Part shown: in pieces, positions 1 to 10,359 of the stretch
Layout: the number at the start of each line of letters is the position of its first letter
Numbering within the stretch: position 1 is the stretch's first letter
DNA from: Cylindrospermopsis raciborskii Cr2010
Lineage (GTDB): Bacteria; Cyanobacteriota; Cyanobacteriia; Cyanobacteriales; Nostocaceae
Length of the DNA: 32,000 nt
NCBI RefSeq assembly: GCF_003367075.2
Contig: NZ_CP065936.1
Coordinates: forward strand, 600,001 to 632,000
Direction: 5' to 3'
Made by a program: the position numbers and the translations under genes
The notes under the pieces: generated by a model
Seen by the model: the letters and a program-made list of their open reading frames with translations, nothing else
The model's database searches: none
Told to the model about the DNA's origin: nothing

Positions 1-1
1 A

Positions 2-826
2 CGTCGAACACTATGGATGGTAAGGGGGTTTATTTTTCTAATGTTGGCTTCAGCAATAAGTGGAGCTTTAAACCTCATTTTACTCAATTTTGTTTTAGAG
101 AAGCTAGTTATTGGTTGTGCAGTGGCCATGGCCGTATCATTACAGTTGGAATTTCGCCGGTTTCTAGAACAACTAGGAAGAGGGGAGTTTCGCCAGTTAT
201 TTCAACCTCACCGATTAACAGTAACTAAATCTGACAGCGTAATTGATGAAATTGTTGATTCTATCAAAGAACTTTCTAAAAATCGTATTGGTGCTTTATT
301 AATTTTGGAGACTACTGAACCTATCGATGAGCGGGACTTCTCAGTACCAGGAGTAAAGTTAAATGCACAAGTGTCTAAGGAACTTCTACAGACGATTTTT
401 CAGCCCAAAACCCTATTACACGATGGAGCAACTTTAATTCGGGGTTCACGGATTGTTTCATCAGGTATAATTTTACCACTCTCAGGACGTACGGCCTCCC
501 GTCAGTTGGGAACAAGACACCGAGCAGCTATGGGAATCACTGAGCGAGTGGAAAATTGTATTTGTGTTGTGGTATCAGAAGAAACTGGTTCTATTTCCCT
601 AGCGGAACGGGGAACTTTATATAGACCACTGACAATTAGGAAGCTAAAGGAGTCTCTGGAGGCTCGTTTTTCGACCACTGTGGATCGGGAAGTCGTTGCA
701 CCTGGTGTTTTCGGTTTAGTTAGTCAAATTGCTAGTCAAATTTTTAGATTTGTTTTCCGTTTATTTAGATTACCATTATCTTTTGCCAAAAAAATCAGAC
801 TGAAAAATGACAATACAACAAACTGA
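2..826 (+). CDS. cdaA: Diadenylate cyclase CdaA (c-di-AMP synthase), 5'-partial at the window edge
   Basis: DAC-domain motifs are present ([28 protein letters not shown]). The N-terminal part is hydrophobic. The frame stays open upstream of M17 to base 2 (..RTLW-MVRGF..), so the true start is probably outside the window. The 3' end overlaps the uppS start by 20 nt. Confidence 0.85.
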   Translation, partial: RRTLWMVRGFIFLMLASAISGALNLILLNFVLEKLVIGCAVAMAVSLQLEFRRFLEQLGRGEFRQLFQPHRLTVTKSDSVIDEIVDSIKELSKNRIGALLILETTEPIDERDFSVPGVKLNAQVSKELLQTIFQPKTLLHDGATLIRGSRIVSSGIILPLSGRTASRQLGTRHRAAMGITERVENCICVVVSEETGSISLAERGTLYRPLTIRKLKESLEARFSTTVDREVVAPGVFGLVSQIASQIFRFVFRLFRLPLSFAKKIRLKNDNTTN

Positions 827-1556
827 ACTTCTATATTTACCTCCCGATTTAAAACCAGAATTATTGCCTAAACATGTGGCCGTAATTATGGATGGCAATG
901 GTCGATGGGCTAAAGGCCAGGGCCTTCCTCGAATTATGGGTCACAAGCAGGGTGTGGACGCTCTTAAAAACTTGCTACGCTGTTGCAAGGATTGGGGTAT
1001 TCAAGCTCTAACTGCTTATGCTTTTTCCACGGAAAACTGGAATAGACCACATGAAGAGGTGGAATTTTTAATGACTCTTTTCCAAGGGGTGCTACGTCAG
1101 GAACTACGGGAAATGGTTGAAGAAAATGTGGAAATTCAGTTTGTTGGCAATTTACAAGCCTTACCTGTAGCACTACAGCGGGAAATCTCCCACTCTATGG
1201 CACAAACTCGTGGTAATCAAAGTATTAAGTTTACTGTGGCTACCAATTATGGTGGTAGACAAGAAATTGTACAAGCTTGTCAAGCTATTGCTCAAAAAGT
1301 TAAAGAGGGCCTATTAAACCCAGAGGAAATTTCTGAGGAGTTATTTGCTGGTCACTTGTACACAGCAGGAATTGCAGACCCAGATTTACTCATCCGCACC
1401 AGTGGAGAAATGCGTTTATCTAATTTCTTGCTTTGGCAAATGGCTTATGCAGAAATTTATATCACTGATACTTTATGGCCAGATTTTGACAGGAACCAAT
1501 TCCATCAAGCTCTACGTGCTTATCAACAAAGAGAACGACGGTTCGGTGGAGTATAA
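807..1556 (+). CDS. uppS: Undecaprenyl diphosphate synthase (isoprenyl transferase) UppS
   Basis: Classic cis-prenyltransferase motifs: [43 protein letters not shown]. Full length of 249 aa. Confidence 0.92.
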   Translation: MTIQQTELLYLPPDLKPELLPKHVAVIMDGNGRWAKGQGLPRIMGHKQGVDALKNLLRCCKDWGIQALTAYAFSTENWNRPHEEVEFLMTLFQGVLRQELREMVEENVEIQFVGNLQALPVALQREISHSMAQTRGNQSIKFTVATNYGGRQEIVQACQAIAQKVKEGLLNPEEISEELFAGHLYTAGIADPDLLIRTSGEMRLSNFLLWQMAYAEIYITDTLWPDFDRNQFHQALRAYQQRERRFGGV

Positions 1557-1558
1557 AA

Positions 1559-1825
1559 TCAAGGACCAGAAAAAACCGCTTGCTCTATATCTTTCCGACT
1601 TAGGGAATACCTAAAGGAACGTTGGATATCTTGACCATTTTCCCCCGCTTGGATATATCTTACTGTCAGCTGCTCAATATCTAGCCATAATTCTGCCTGC
1701 CATGTTTGCTTTTTTAACCGCCAACAATGTAGTTCTGTTTCGTCTTGTTGGCAACCCTGATGCTTTAACCACTCTTCAATTTGTGGTAAGGGATGATTGT
1801 ATAGGGGGGTCTCTGGGGATAACAT
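1559..1825 (-). CDS. Small conserved cyanobacterial protein (DUF3143-like), function unknown
   Basis: 88-aa ORF lying last in the minus-strand dnaK/dnaJ-like gene string. The DUF3143 assignment is recalled from family resemblance and was not computed. Confidence 0.5.
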   Translation of the reverse strand: MLSPETPLYNHPLPQIEEWLKHQGCQQDETELHCWRLKKQTWQAELWLDIEQLTVRYIQAGENGQDIQRSFRYSLSRKDIEQAVFSGP

Positions 1826-1849
1826 AGATAATTAAAAATCAATAAATCA

Positions 1850-2317
1850 CTATAGAGCAATGGAAAAACCTGGCTCACCTCTTATAAATGCTACTAAGAT
1901 TACCAGTATCAAACAACCTATTATTGTCAGAGCTAGTACAAGCAGTATAAATAGTTCTCCAGATGATAAAGGGCGATCGCTCGCCTCTAAATACATAGAC
2001 TTAGAATAATCATGGGGTTTGGGAATGGAATCATTGAAATTTGTAGGTGATGGAATAACCCCAAATCTGTAATAACCAATTTTTAAATCATAACTCAAAC
2101 GACGTTCAGGATTACTCAAAGTAGCATAAGCTTCGTTAATTTGCTGGAATTTAGCAGTAGCAACCTGATCGGGAAGTTCCGTAGTGTCTGGATGATAGTG
2201 TTTACTCATTTCCCGGTAAGCGCGGCGAATATCAATCACTGATGCCCAGGGGTGAAGTCCTAGCAAGGTGTAATAGTTAGGGCGATCGCTTTGTACTTCT
2301 TCTCCAGTTTGATTCAC
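1850..2317 (-). CDS. Membrane-anchored J-domain protein
   Basis: N-terminal J domain (YYTLLGL..AYREMSKHYHPDT with the HPD tripeptide). C-terminal hydrophobic helix (LFILLVLALTIIGCLILVILVAFI). Confidence 0.75.
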   Translation of the reverse strand: MNQTGEEVQSDRPNYYTLLGLHPWASVIDIRRAYREMSKHYHPDTTELPDQVATAKFQQINEAYATLSNPERRLSYDLKIGYYRFGVIPSPTNFNDSIPKPHDYSKSMYLEASDRPLSSGELFILLVLALTIIGCLILVILVAFIRGEPGFSIAL

Positions 2318-2396
2318 AGTTGTGGTTTACCTTAATTGCACTTGGCATTTAGAGAAGTATAACTTATTTCTTTCACTTAGTCAAGAACAAACCTAT

Positions 2397-3374
2397 CTAA
2401 GGTTTGAGCTTTAAGCTTTCTATTTCCCGTAACTTCTCATAAAGTTGTCTCTCCTGATCACTAATATTTTTGGGGGTGATGATTTGAATTTCCACTAGTT
2501 GGTCACCACGTTTACCATCTTCCATGGGATAACCTTTATTTGCCAACCGGAATCTTTGCCCAGACCTGACTGCGGGAGGAATAGTCATTTTTACTGGACC
2601 ATCTAAAGTAGGTGCTTCCACCTGGCCACCTAAAACCGCCTCACTGGGGGTTACAGGTACCTGACAAGAAATGTTAAATCCCTCCATTTTAAATAACGGA
2701 TGAGGTTCAACAGTAATTTTTAAATATAAATCACCTCCACTAATTCCCTGATTGCGTAAGCGGATAGTTTGTCCTGTGAGCATAGCAGGTGGCATAGTCA
2801 CTTCCAAAGATCGCCCATCTTCTAGGCGTATTCTCTCATTACCGCCTTGATAAGCCTTTTCTAAAGGCAAAGTCAATCTAGCTTCAATATCTTTAGGGGT
2901 AGTACGATTATTAACAGTATAAGCGACCTTGGTACGAGGATTACCAAAAGGGTCTTGAGTAGTTGTATTAGGGCTTTTCTTAGCCTCCTTACGACTGCTA
3001 ACACCTATAACCTGATTAATAAAACTTTCAAAATCTGGGAAATCAGCTGGATTGACACCCTGGTTACTAGATTCACTAGGGCGGTTAGTACCCCAGCTCT
3101 TAGACTTTGCAGCTGTTTTAGCACCTGTAAAACCTCTTTGTTGCCAGTAGCGACTAAACTGGTCATATTGAGATCTGCGAGCGGAATCGGAAAGTATTTC
3201 ATAGGCCTCCCCAATCATCTTAAACTTTTCCTCAGACTCCTTGTTACCGGGGTTGAGATCGGGGTGATACTGTCTAGCCAATCGACGATAAACCTTTTTA
3301 ATTTCTTCATTGGAAGCATCCTTGGTGACTCCCAAAATTTCGTAATAATCACGGAAATTCTGCAAATTTTGCAT
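2397..3374 (-). CDS. DnaJ-family co-chaperone lacking the zinc-finger domain (DnaJ3/CbpA-like)
   Basis: J domain (DYYEILGV..YRRLARQYHPDLNP) plus a DnaJ C-terminal beta-domain region. There are no CxxCxGxG repeats. It lies directly downstream of dnaK. Confidence 0.8.
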   Translation of the reverse strand: MQNLQNFRDYYEILGVTKDASNEEIKKVYRRLARQYHPDLNPGNKESEEKFKMIGEAYEILSDSARRSQYDQFSRYWQQRGFTGAKTAAKSKSWGTNRPSESSNQGVNPADFPDFESFINQVIGVSSRKEAKKSPNTTTQDPFGNPRTKVAYTVNNRTTPKDIEARLTLPLEKAYQGGNERIRLEDGRSLEVTMPPAMLTGQTIRLRNQGISGGDLYLKITVEPHPLFKMEGFNISCQVPVTPSEAVLGGQVEAPTLDGPVKMTIPPAVRSGQRFRLANKGYPMEDGKRGDQLVEIQIITPKNISDQERQLYEKLREIESLKLKP

Positions 3375-3429
3375 AATTAGTTATCAGTGCTGGGGTAGTA
3401 GGGGGAAACAGATATTTTGGTTGAGGGAT

Positions 3430-5499
3430 TTATAGCCAATCATCATCCTCGTCATCCCAATTATCCTGGTAACCGGGACGGGTGCGACGGGACTCGTTAT
3501 TATAGGATGGGGAGGAGCGGTTGTTTTGACCATAGTTCTGATCCCTAGTATTATCCCTACCATAGTCTCTGTTATAGGAACGGGATTCTCGATAGGGTTC
3601 TCTGGGATATTCTGGCTGTTTTTCTTTTTCACCCATGAAAATCTCCCGAATGGCGCCAAACAAGTCCTCATCTTCATCCTCAGCATAATACTCCCGCACT
3701 TCACGATTTAGCTCGTACAGAGCATCTTGTAGGTCTGAGTAAGCCTGGTCAATACCCCGGTCATCATTTTCTTTGAGACTTTCCCGCAGTTCACGACAAA
3801 TATTATCAATACGCTGACGACGGTTGCGGGCAAACTGCATACCCATTTCCAAAGCCACTTCTCTTAACTGTCGTTCTGCTTGTAAGATGAGAGCCTCAGA
3901 CCGAGTGCGTTTTTCCACTCTTTCTCTTCGCTCACGATCAACATCAGCAAACTTCTGAGCATCCTGAATCATTCTGTTAATTTCGGATTCACTTAAAGTA
4001 GAAGCACCTTGAATAGTAATACTTTGTTCCCTACCAGTGGTGCGGTCTAAAGCCATGACCTGCAAAATACCATTAGCATCTATATCGAAAGATACTTGAA
4101 TTTGAGGTATACCTCGAGGAGCGGGAGGAATGCCATATAACTTAAACCTTCCCAGGGATTTATTATCCGATGCCATTTCCCTTTCACCCTGAACTACATG
4201 AATTTCCACACTGTTTTGATTATTTTCTGATGTGGAAAAAATATCGGAGCGCCTAACGGGAATAGTAGTATTACGGGGAATCAGTTTTTTCATCAAACCG
4301 CCAATAGTTTCCAAACCTAGGGAAAGAGGAGTAACATCCAAAAGTAGAACGTCTTTCATTTCCCCAGCTAGAATCCCTGCTTGAATGGCCGCACCTACAG
4401 CTACTACCTCATCCGGATTAACATTCTCACTAGGTTCAATGCCAATTAAATCTCGCACTAGCTGCTTCACCATTGGCATTCGGGTAGATCCCCCAACTAA
4501 TACCACTTCTTCTATATCCACAGGTGAAATTCCGGCATCTTTAAGTGCCCGTTTAACTGGATTACGAATTCTGGTGAGTAAATCACTACATAAACCTTCA
4601 AATTGGGAGCGAGTCAGTCTAGTTTCCAGATGTTTTGGACCATCCTCTGTTGCAGTAATAAAAGGCAGATTAATATCCGTAACACTCACATTAGAAAGTT
4701 CAATTTTTGCCTTTTCCGCTGCTTCCATTAAACGTTGTAAAGCTTGTCTATCCTTTCTTAAATCTACCTCTTCTGTAGCTAAAAACTGTTCCGCCAACCA
4801 GTCTACTATTTTTTTGTCAAAATCATTACCACCTAACTGAGTATCACCACTAGTGGATTTAACCTCGAAAACACCATCACCCACGTCTAGGATAGAGACA
4901 TCAAAAGTGCCACCCCCCAAATCAAAAACGAGTATGGTTTCCAAATCACCTCGTTCTAATCCGTATGCTAGGGAAGCAGCAGTAGGTTCATTGAGGATAC
5001 GCAGCACCTCTAACCCAGCAATTCTACCAGCATCGCGGGTGGCTTGCCGTTGAGAATCATTAAAATAGGCAGGTACGGTGATTACCGCCCCAGTGACGGG
5101 TTGACCCAAATAGCGACTGGCATCAGTGGCCAATTTCTTCAACACCATTGCCGAAATTTCTTCCGGGGCAAAGTCCTTATTTAATCTGGGACAGGCAACC
5201 TTAATATTGCCCATTTCATCCTTACGAATGGTGTAGGGTACACGTTTAGAATCGGGATTCAGTTCTCCATATCTACGTCCAATAAATCGTTTAACAGCAA
5301 AAAACGTATTTTGGGGGTTGAGAACTGTTTGCCTTCTGGCCATTTGTCCTACAACTCTTTCACCTTCTTTGCTGAAACCTACAACTGAGGGAGTAGTTCG
5401 CATACCTTCAGCATTAGCAATCACCACCGGCTTGCCACCCTCCATTACGGCGACTACTGAGTTGGTTGTACCCAAGTCGATGCCGACTACCTTGCCCAT
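3430..5499 (-). CDS. dnaK: Hsp70 chaperone DnaK with a long charged low-complexity C-terminal tail (DnaK3-like)
   Basis: Hsp70 signatures are present: [29 protein letters not shown]. The 689-aa protein ends in a tail rich in R, D, N and Y (..[30 protein letters not shown]). Confidence 0.95.
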   Translation of the reverse strand: MGKVVGIDLGTTNSVVAVMEGGKPVVIANAEGMRTTPSVVGFSKEGERVVGQMARRQTVLNPQNTFFAVKRFIGRRYGELNPDSKRVPYTIRKDEMGNIKVACPRLNKDFAPEEISAMVLKKLATDASRYLGQPVTGAVITVPAYFNDSQRQATRDAGRIAGLEVLRILNEPTAASLAYGLERGDLETILVFDLGGGTFDVSILDVGDGVFEVKSTSGDTQLGGNDFDKKIVDWLAEQFLATEEVDLRKDRQALQRLMEAAEKAKIELSNVSVTDINLPFITATEDGPKHLETRLTRSQFEGLCSDLLTRIRNPVKRALKDAGISPVDIEEVVLVGGSTRMPMVKQLVRDLIGIEPSENVNPDEVVAVGAAIQAGILAGEMKDVLLLDVTPLSLGLETIGGLMKKLIPRNTTIPVRRSDIFSTSENNQNSVEIHVVQGEREMASDNKSLGRFKLYGIPPAPRGIPQIQVSFDIDANGILQVMALDRTTGREQSITIQGASTLSESEINRMIQDAQKFADVDRERRERVEKRTRSEALILQAERQLREVALEMGMQFARNRRQRIDNICRELRESLKENDDRGIDQAYSDLQDALYELNREVREYYAEDEDEDLFGAIREIFMGEKEKQPEYPREPYRESRSYNRDYGRDNTRDQNYGQNNRSSPSYNNESRRTRPGYQDNWDDEDDDWL

Positions 5500-5599
5500 A
5501 GGTTTTTTTTCTCCTGTTTTCTGTTCAACTAGATTTATATGATATTATTCTATTATGCTTTCCCATTGTCCCCCGGTTGCTCGGCATCAATTGCCTAGG

Positions 5600-7303
5600 T
5601 CAACTAACGCCAAACACCGAACCCATAGTAGATTTGATGGAGTTTCCCGCATCTTTTAGGGTTTTGGTAATTGGGTGTTTAGACTGGAGAAACACCTTGG
5701 CGCAATTACGTCCAGGCATTCCCGAAATGGATCCACCAGGATGGGTTCCCGCACCTGTTAAAAATAAATTGTTAATAGGCGTTTTGTAATTGGCCAATTC
5801 CGGTAGGGGTCTAAAGAATACCATCTGGTCTAAGGTCATGTCAATATGGTAATAATTGCCTTTATAAGCTCCTAGTCTTTCCCCTAATTCTGCTGGACTT
5901 TCTACCCTTCTGGCAATGGTAGCGGTTTTTACATTAGGAGCATAAGTAGCCAACTTTTCCACCACTTTATCTGCTACCTGATTTTTTAACTCATCAGTCC
6001 AACCTGTTCCGTTTAAACCCTTACCCTGGGCGCTGGCAATTTGATAGGGGGCAAAAAATTCAATCCACACTGTGTGTTTTCCCGCTGGGGCTAAACTGGG
6101 GTCTAAAAAGCTAGGCACTACCACGTACATGGATGGGTTGCTGTCGGGAATTTCTCCTAAAGTGCATTTACTATGAGCTTGTTCCACATGGTGCATGGAG
6201 TCAGCAATTAGAATAGACCCAGCCAAATATTCATCTTTATGTTCGTGGTAGGGGAAACGCAAAGGCTCATCTAAGGCTAAATCTATCTTTAAAATAGTTT
6301 CATTATTGTTGACGATCCGTCTTGCCAATCTTTCTCGCAGTTGGGGATCTCCATCGTCTACTTCCGTGGGATCGACTAGTTGTAAAAACAATCGTTGAGC
6401 ATCAATGTTAGAAATTACTCCATACTTAGCACGATATTCCCTACCACCAGCTACACGTACCCCCACCGCTTCACCATTGTCAATTAGGACTTTTTCTACC
6501 AACTGGTCAGTGAGGATTTTACCTTGCTTGGCAGTAACTAAATTTACTAGCGCCTTGATTAAAGCACCCGTACCTCCCCGGGGTCTACTCATTCCTGGGT
6601 GGTGACGCATGGACATCATCATTACGCCTATGGCTAGGTTTTTTTGTGATGGTGGTGCTCCCAGTTCTGATGCTAATCTTGAGAGGGGAGCTTTTAAAAA
6701 CTCTTCATCAAACCATTCGTTTAAAATATCTTCTGCACTTGTAAGCATGGTGCGAATAAAATCTAAACTTTTTTGAGTAGAGCCAACAACCGAAAATAAA
6801 TCTTGGAATTTTTCCAGATTATAGTTACCAAAAATTTCTATGATTGATTTTGGTGGAGCATTGAAAATGGGGATCATGGCATTAATTACTCGTTGCCAAT
6901 ATTGAGTAAATTCTGCGTATTTTTTAGCGTCCTTTGGGTTGTACCTGGCGATTTCTGCACAGGTTTTTTCTAGGGATTTATGAGCTAGGAAGTACTTACC
7001 ATCTGGGTGGGGACAGAAAACCACTGGATCGCATTCTAGATATTCCAAACCATATTTTTCCAGCTCTAATTCTTCTACCACTGGACCTAGGTGAATAAAC
7101 TCATGGTCAATGGCACAAAGGTTAAATTTAAACCCTGGTGCTTGGTCTGGAATACATTCCTCCGTGGTAGCTGCACCACCGGGAACGGAACGCTTTTCTA
7201 GTAGTAGAACACTATAACCAGCTTTAAGTAGGTAAGCTGCACACACTAAACCATTGTGTCCAGCACCAATAATTATTACATCATATTCATCTTTATGGTT
7301 CAT
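5600..7303 (-). CDS. crtO: Phytoene-desaturase-family FAD oxidoreductase, CrtO-type beta-carotene ketolase-like
   Basis: N-terminal Rossmann motif DVIIIGAGHNGLVCAAYLLKAGYSVLLLEKRSVPGGAATTEE. At 567 aa, its length and N-terminal region resemble the cyanobacterial CrtO I recall. The family call is firm, but the ketolase activity is inferred. Confidence 0.6.
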   Translation of the reverse strand: MNHKDEYDVIIIGAGHNGLVCAAYLLKAGYSVLLLEKRSVPGGAATTEECIPDQAPGFKFNLCAIDHEFIHLGPVVEELELEKYGLEYLECDPVVFCPHPDGKYFLAHKSLEKTCAEIARYNPKDAKKYAEFTQYWQRVINAMIPIFNAPPKSIIEIFGNYNLEKFQDLFSVVGSTQKSLDFIRTMLTSAEDILNEWFDEEFLKAPLSRLASELGAPPSQKNLAIGVMMMSMRHHPGMSRPRGGTGALIKALVNLVTAKQGKILTDQLVEKVLIDNGEAVGVRVAGGREYRAKYGVISNIDAQRLFLQLVDPTEVDDGDPQLRERLARRIVNNNETILKIDLALDEPLRFPYHEHKDEYLAGSILIADSMHHVEQAHSKCTLGEIPDSNPSMYVVVPSFLDPSLAPAGKHTVWIEFFAPYQIASAQGKGLNGTGWTDELKNQVADKVVEKLATYAPNVKTATIARRVESPAELGERLGAYKGNYYHIDMTLDQMVFFRPLPELANYKTPINNLFLTGAGTHPGGSISGMPGRNCAKVFLQSKHPITKTLKDAGNSIKSTMGSVFGVS

Positions 7304-7390
7304 GTAGCCTTAATATACTATAATATATACTGCTTGTAGTTTACTGTAAGTATTATAACCCAAGTATCATAACTCAAAAATAGAGTTTTT

Positions 7391-7424
7391 GGGGAGGGGA
7401 GTTGACAAAAAAACTTCCCCCTCC
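7391..7424 (-). terminator. Imperfect GC-rich hairpin downstream of glgA (candidate terminator)
   Basis: GGGGAGGGGAGTT-N8-AACTTCCCCCTCC forms about 13 paired positions with one mismatch and two wobbles. It sits between the glgA stop (7452) and the crtO-like start (7303). The U-tract is not adjacent. Confidence 0.3.
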
Positions 7425-7451
7425 TAGCTTATATCACAAGATTTACCAAAT

Positions 7452-8933
7452 TTACCATTTGTGTCTTATCCAATCATAGATCTCTAAGTATTTTTCCCCG
7501 GGAAGATTCCAGGAGTAGTCATACTGCATACCCTGAATGGCTAACTTTTCAAACTCCTTTGGTTGGTCCTTCCATAGGTCAATAGCTCTACCCATGGCTG
7601 ACTCTAGGCCTTGCTCGTCTTGACTATAAAACACGTAACCATTACGCCTTTCTGGGGGTAGGGTTTCTTCGTGATCTCTGTCAAAAACTGTGTTTACTAA
7701 TCCACCCACACCTCTAACTATGGGAACTGTGCCATATTTTAACCCAATCATCTGAGTTAATCCACAGGGTTCATAATTACTGGGGACAACTATCATATCC
7801 GATCCTGCATAAATTAGATGGGATAGTTCTTCGTTAAATCCTAGTTCTAAATGAACATCTGGGTTACTATTTAAAAATTGTTTTTCATGTTGAAAATGAG
7901 CGTTGATTGCTGGTTCGGTGGCTGAACCTAAAAGTACAAATTGCGCTCCTTGATTTAGGGCATAATAAATGGCATGGTGGACAAGATGTACACCTTTTTG
8001 ATTATCCAAGCGACCAATATAGGCGATGATGGGTTTGCTATCATCATCCTGTAACATCAGTCGTTCTCGTAAGGCTTTTTTGTTATAGGCTTTTTGCTCA
8101 AAATCATCCCAGCTGTAACTATGGGGAATATAACGGTCAATTTCCCCATTCCAAAAGTCATAATCAATGCCGTTTAGAACTCCACTAAATTTGTCTTTTT
8201 GCAAATATAATGTGTGTCCTAATCCGCAACCTACTTCTGTGGTTTGTGCTTCTACAGCATGATTTGGTGAAACTGTGGTGATGGCATTGGCATAGTTGAT
8301 CCCCGCCTTCATAAAGTTGATGGCAAAGGGGTTAAAGTTGTCTCTTAATTTGTCGTACTGAAAGTAATATTCCGGTCGGTTTAAGTTGGTTGCTTCCAGG
8401 GTTTCTACACCCCCCATTCCCTGATGTTTGAAGTTGTGAATGGTGTAGCACACTCTTTGATATTCCATGCCATGGTATTTATAAATTTCATACAACATGA
8501 CAGGAATTAGTCCGGTTTGCCAGTCGTGACAATGAATTATGTCTGGTCTTTTATTACTCTGTAATAAAAACTCCAGGGCGGCTTTGCTGAAAAAGGCAAA
8601 TCGCATATTGTCATCATTACATCCGTAGTAACAACCCCTATTAAAGAAGTTGTCTTGGCTATGGGGTTGAATGAAGAAACACACTCTACCATGTACCCAA
8701 CCACAATATACTGAGCAGTGAATTGCTGCACCAAACCAGGGTACCCACAAGTTTAAATAAGCATCGTGTAATCCCCATACATGGTCATAGCGCATACAGT
8801 CGTACATGGGTAGTATTAGTTCAACTGTATTTCCCCTTCCTTCCAATTCCCTGCTAAGTCCGTAGACAACATCCCCTAACCCCCCAGCTTTAATTACTGG
8901 AGCGCATTCTGAGGCAATTTGTACTATGTACAT
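7452..8933 (-). CDS. glgA: Glycogen (starch) synthase, GlgA2 type
   Basis: MYIVQIASECAPVIKAGGLGDVV (the KxGGL motif). Strong end-to-end resemblance to cyanobacterial GlgA2, for example HCHDWQTGL and VPSNYEPCGLTQMIGLKYG. Confidence 0.92.
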   Translation of the reverse strand: MYIVQIASECAPVIKAGGLGDVVYGLSRELEGRGNTVELILPMYDCMRYDHVWGLHDAYLNLWVPWFGAAIHCSVYCGWVHGRVCFFIQPHSQDNFFNRGCYYGCNDDNMRFAFFSKAALEFLLQSNKRPDIIHCHDWQTGLIPVMLYEIYKYHGMEYQRVCYTIHNFKHQGMGGVETLEATNLNRPEYYFQYDKLRDNFNPFAINFMKAGINYANAITTVSPNHAVEAQTTEVGCGLGHTLYLQKDKFSGVLNGIDYDFWNGEIDRYIPHSYSWDDFEQKAYNKKALRERLMLQDDDSKPIIAYIGRLDNQKGVHLVHHAIYYALNQGAQFVLLGSATEPAINAHFQHEKQFLNSNPDVHLELGFNEELSHLIYAGSDMIVVPSNYEPCGLTQMIGLKYGTVPIVRGVGGLVNTVFDRDHEETLPPERRNGYVFYSQDEQGLESAMGRAIDLWKDQPKEFEKLAIQGMQYDYSWNLPGEKYLEIYDWIRHKW

Positions 8934-9071
8934 TCCTAGCCCTCACTTCACAAAACTTTATTTTTATTTAACTTCATTTAATATATAGTAATTATTACTC
9001 ATTTGTTTCTTTATTTTTATTGATTGAAACCGTGACTCGAGACTTGTTGGGGGAGCACCATCCCCCCGGGA

Positions 9072-10352
9072 CTAATCCATTAATATTGTTTTAGAAGCAA
9101 TTCTGGTTTTTTTCCGCTCTGCATCTGATAGTTCTTCTCCATTTTGCAGACGGGTCGCAGAACTCTGTAATACGGTTGCACCACGACTGTCACCAATTTG
9201 TAATGCTGTCTTGGCAGCTGTTTGTAACATGGTTATTGCTCCTGTGCGATCGCCTGATTCTAGTTTTGTTTCTGCGACTTGGGTTTGGCGATATTTGGCT
9301 AATGCTAAGACTGAGTTTAACACGTCTGGATTATTAGCTGGCTGGTAAGTTTTGGTAACATTAGCATAGACTGGAATAAGAGGTGAAAGGATAGCCTCTT
9401 TATTCACAGCAGGATTATCGTAACGAACTTGAATATGTCCAATTATTTGCTCACCTTCTGGCAAGCTACCTAAATAAATATTTGCTAACACTCTCCGTGT
9501 TCCGTCTTTCATTAAATCTCCCAACCGGAAGACAAAGGTGCCATTGAGTTCCGTGCTGATAGGTAATTCAATGGTTTCTGGAGCAACCTGGGCCACCGGT
9601 TTGAGGTCAGCTAATCGCACACCGGGAACCAGGGATAATAACAAATGGGCGTTAGTCAATCCCACGGATTGAATGCGTTTAAATATCCGGTTAAACTGCT
9701 CTATAGCGTTTTGCGGAGTTTCTATGTAAGCTAGAGTACCTCCGCCAGCATCGGCGATTTTTTCTAGCAGATCCTGATTCCATTCATCACCAAAGCCAAA
9801 GCTGTTAATGGTGAGATTGAGTTTGGCAGCTTTTTGTGCTAGTTCCAAACAGCGTTGATTGTCATTTGGTCCTATTTGTAACCGCCAAATTTTGAACCCA
9901 TTGTCACCATACCCATCTGTGAGCAGAAAGGCGTGAGAACAAGCACCTTTACTTCCTTTGAGTAGTTCGGTAATTCCCAGGGAAAGTCCCTCACCAATTA
10001 TGGTTCCTCCCCCAGCTTTTAGTTTGTTGTGTAGCTGAGATTTAATGGTTTTTGGGTCTTTAATTATCTGATTGGGAATAATTACTTCCCCACTCCCAGC
10101 AAAAGCCACAATGGCAATTCTATCCCCAGACTGGAGTTGGTCTATTAACTGCTCTACTGCATTAATTACCATGCTCATGGATTCACCATGCATAGACCCG
10201 CTTTTATCTAAAATCAGACACAAATTCAAGGGTAAACTGGTGTCTAGTTCATCAGCAATGGCTGAAATGGAAACTTCTAGTTGACGCTGACTATTGTCTT
10301 GGGAGGCGTCTATGTTAGTGTTGTTCAGTGCAGACAGTAGTTGAATTTTCAT
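9072..10352 (-). CDS. von Willebrand factor type A (VWA) domain protein, downstream paralog
   Basis: MIDAS motif DKSGSM..T..LLTDG. I moved the start to the ATG at 10352 (MKIQLLSALNNTNIDAS), which aligns with the N-terminus of the upstream paralog (MKVNLQPGVNNTNVDAS). The ORF-track start at 10493 would overlap the upstream gene by 134 nt. Confidence 0.75.
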   Translation of the reverse strand: MKIQLLSALNNTNIDASQDNSQRQLEVSISAIADELDTSLPLNLCLILDKSGSMHGESMSMVINAVEQLIDQLQSGDRIAIVAFAGSGEVIIPNQIIKDPKTIKSQLHNKLKAGGGTIIGEGLSLGITELLKGSKGACSHAFLLTDGYGDNGFKIWRLQIGPNDNQRCLELAQKAAKLNLTINSFGFGDEWNQDLLEKIADAGGGTLAYIETPQNAIEQFNRIFKRIQSVGLTNAHLLLSLVPGVRLADLKPVAQVAPETIELPISTELNGTFVFRLGDLMKDGTRRVLANIYLGSLPEGEQIIGHIQVRYDNPAVNKEAILSPLIPVYANVTKTYQPANNPDVLNSVLALAKYRQTQVAETKLESGDRTGAITMLQTAAKTALQIGDSRGATVLQSSATRLQNGEELSDAERKKTRIASKTILMD

Positions 10353-10359
10353 TGAAGGT

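Noticed and set aside
13-228. 71-aa ORF overlapping the cdaA 5' region, and similar overlapping ORFs at 964..1173, 1345..1614, 2955..3380, 3005..3214, 12050..12346, 12931..13128 and 29737..30012
   Set aside because: Each lies in an alternative frame of a well-supported conserved gene.
3384-5542. Antisense or alternative-frame ORFs inside dnaK (3384..3704, 3526..3711, 4385..4840, 4853..5053, 5318..5542)
   Set aside because: These are shadow ORFs opposite or overlapping a highly conserved Hsp70 coding frame. Their composition is rich in Ser, Thr and Pro, as is typical of antisense translation.
5500-5599. Possible CIRCE/HrcA operator upstream of dnaK, and likewise upstream of clpB at 22463..22596
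   Set aside because: No TTAGCACTC-N9-GAGTGCTAA-like inverted repeat is present. Only a short GATCGG/CCGATC palindrome occurs upstream of clpB.
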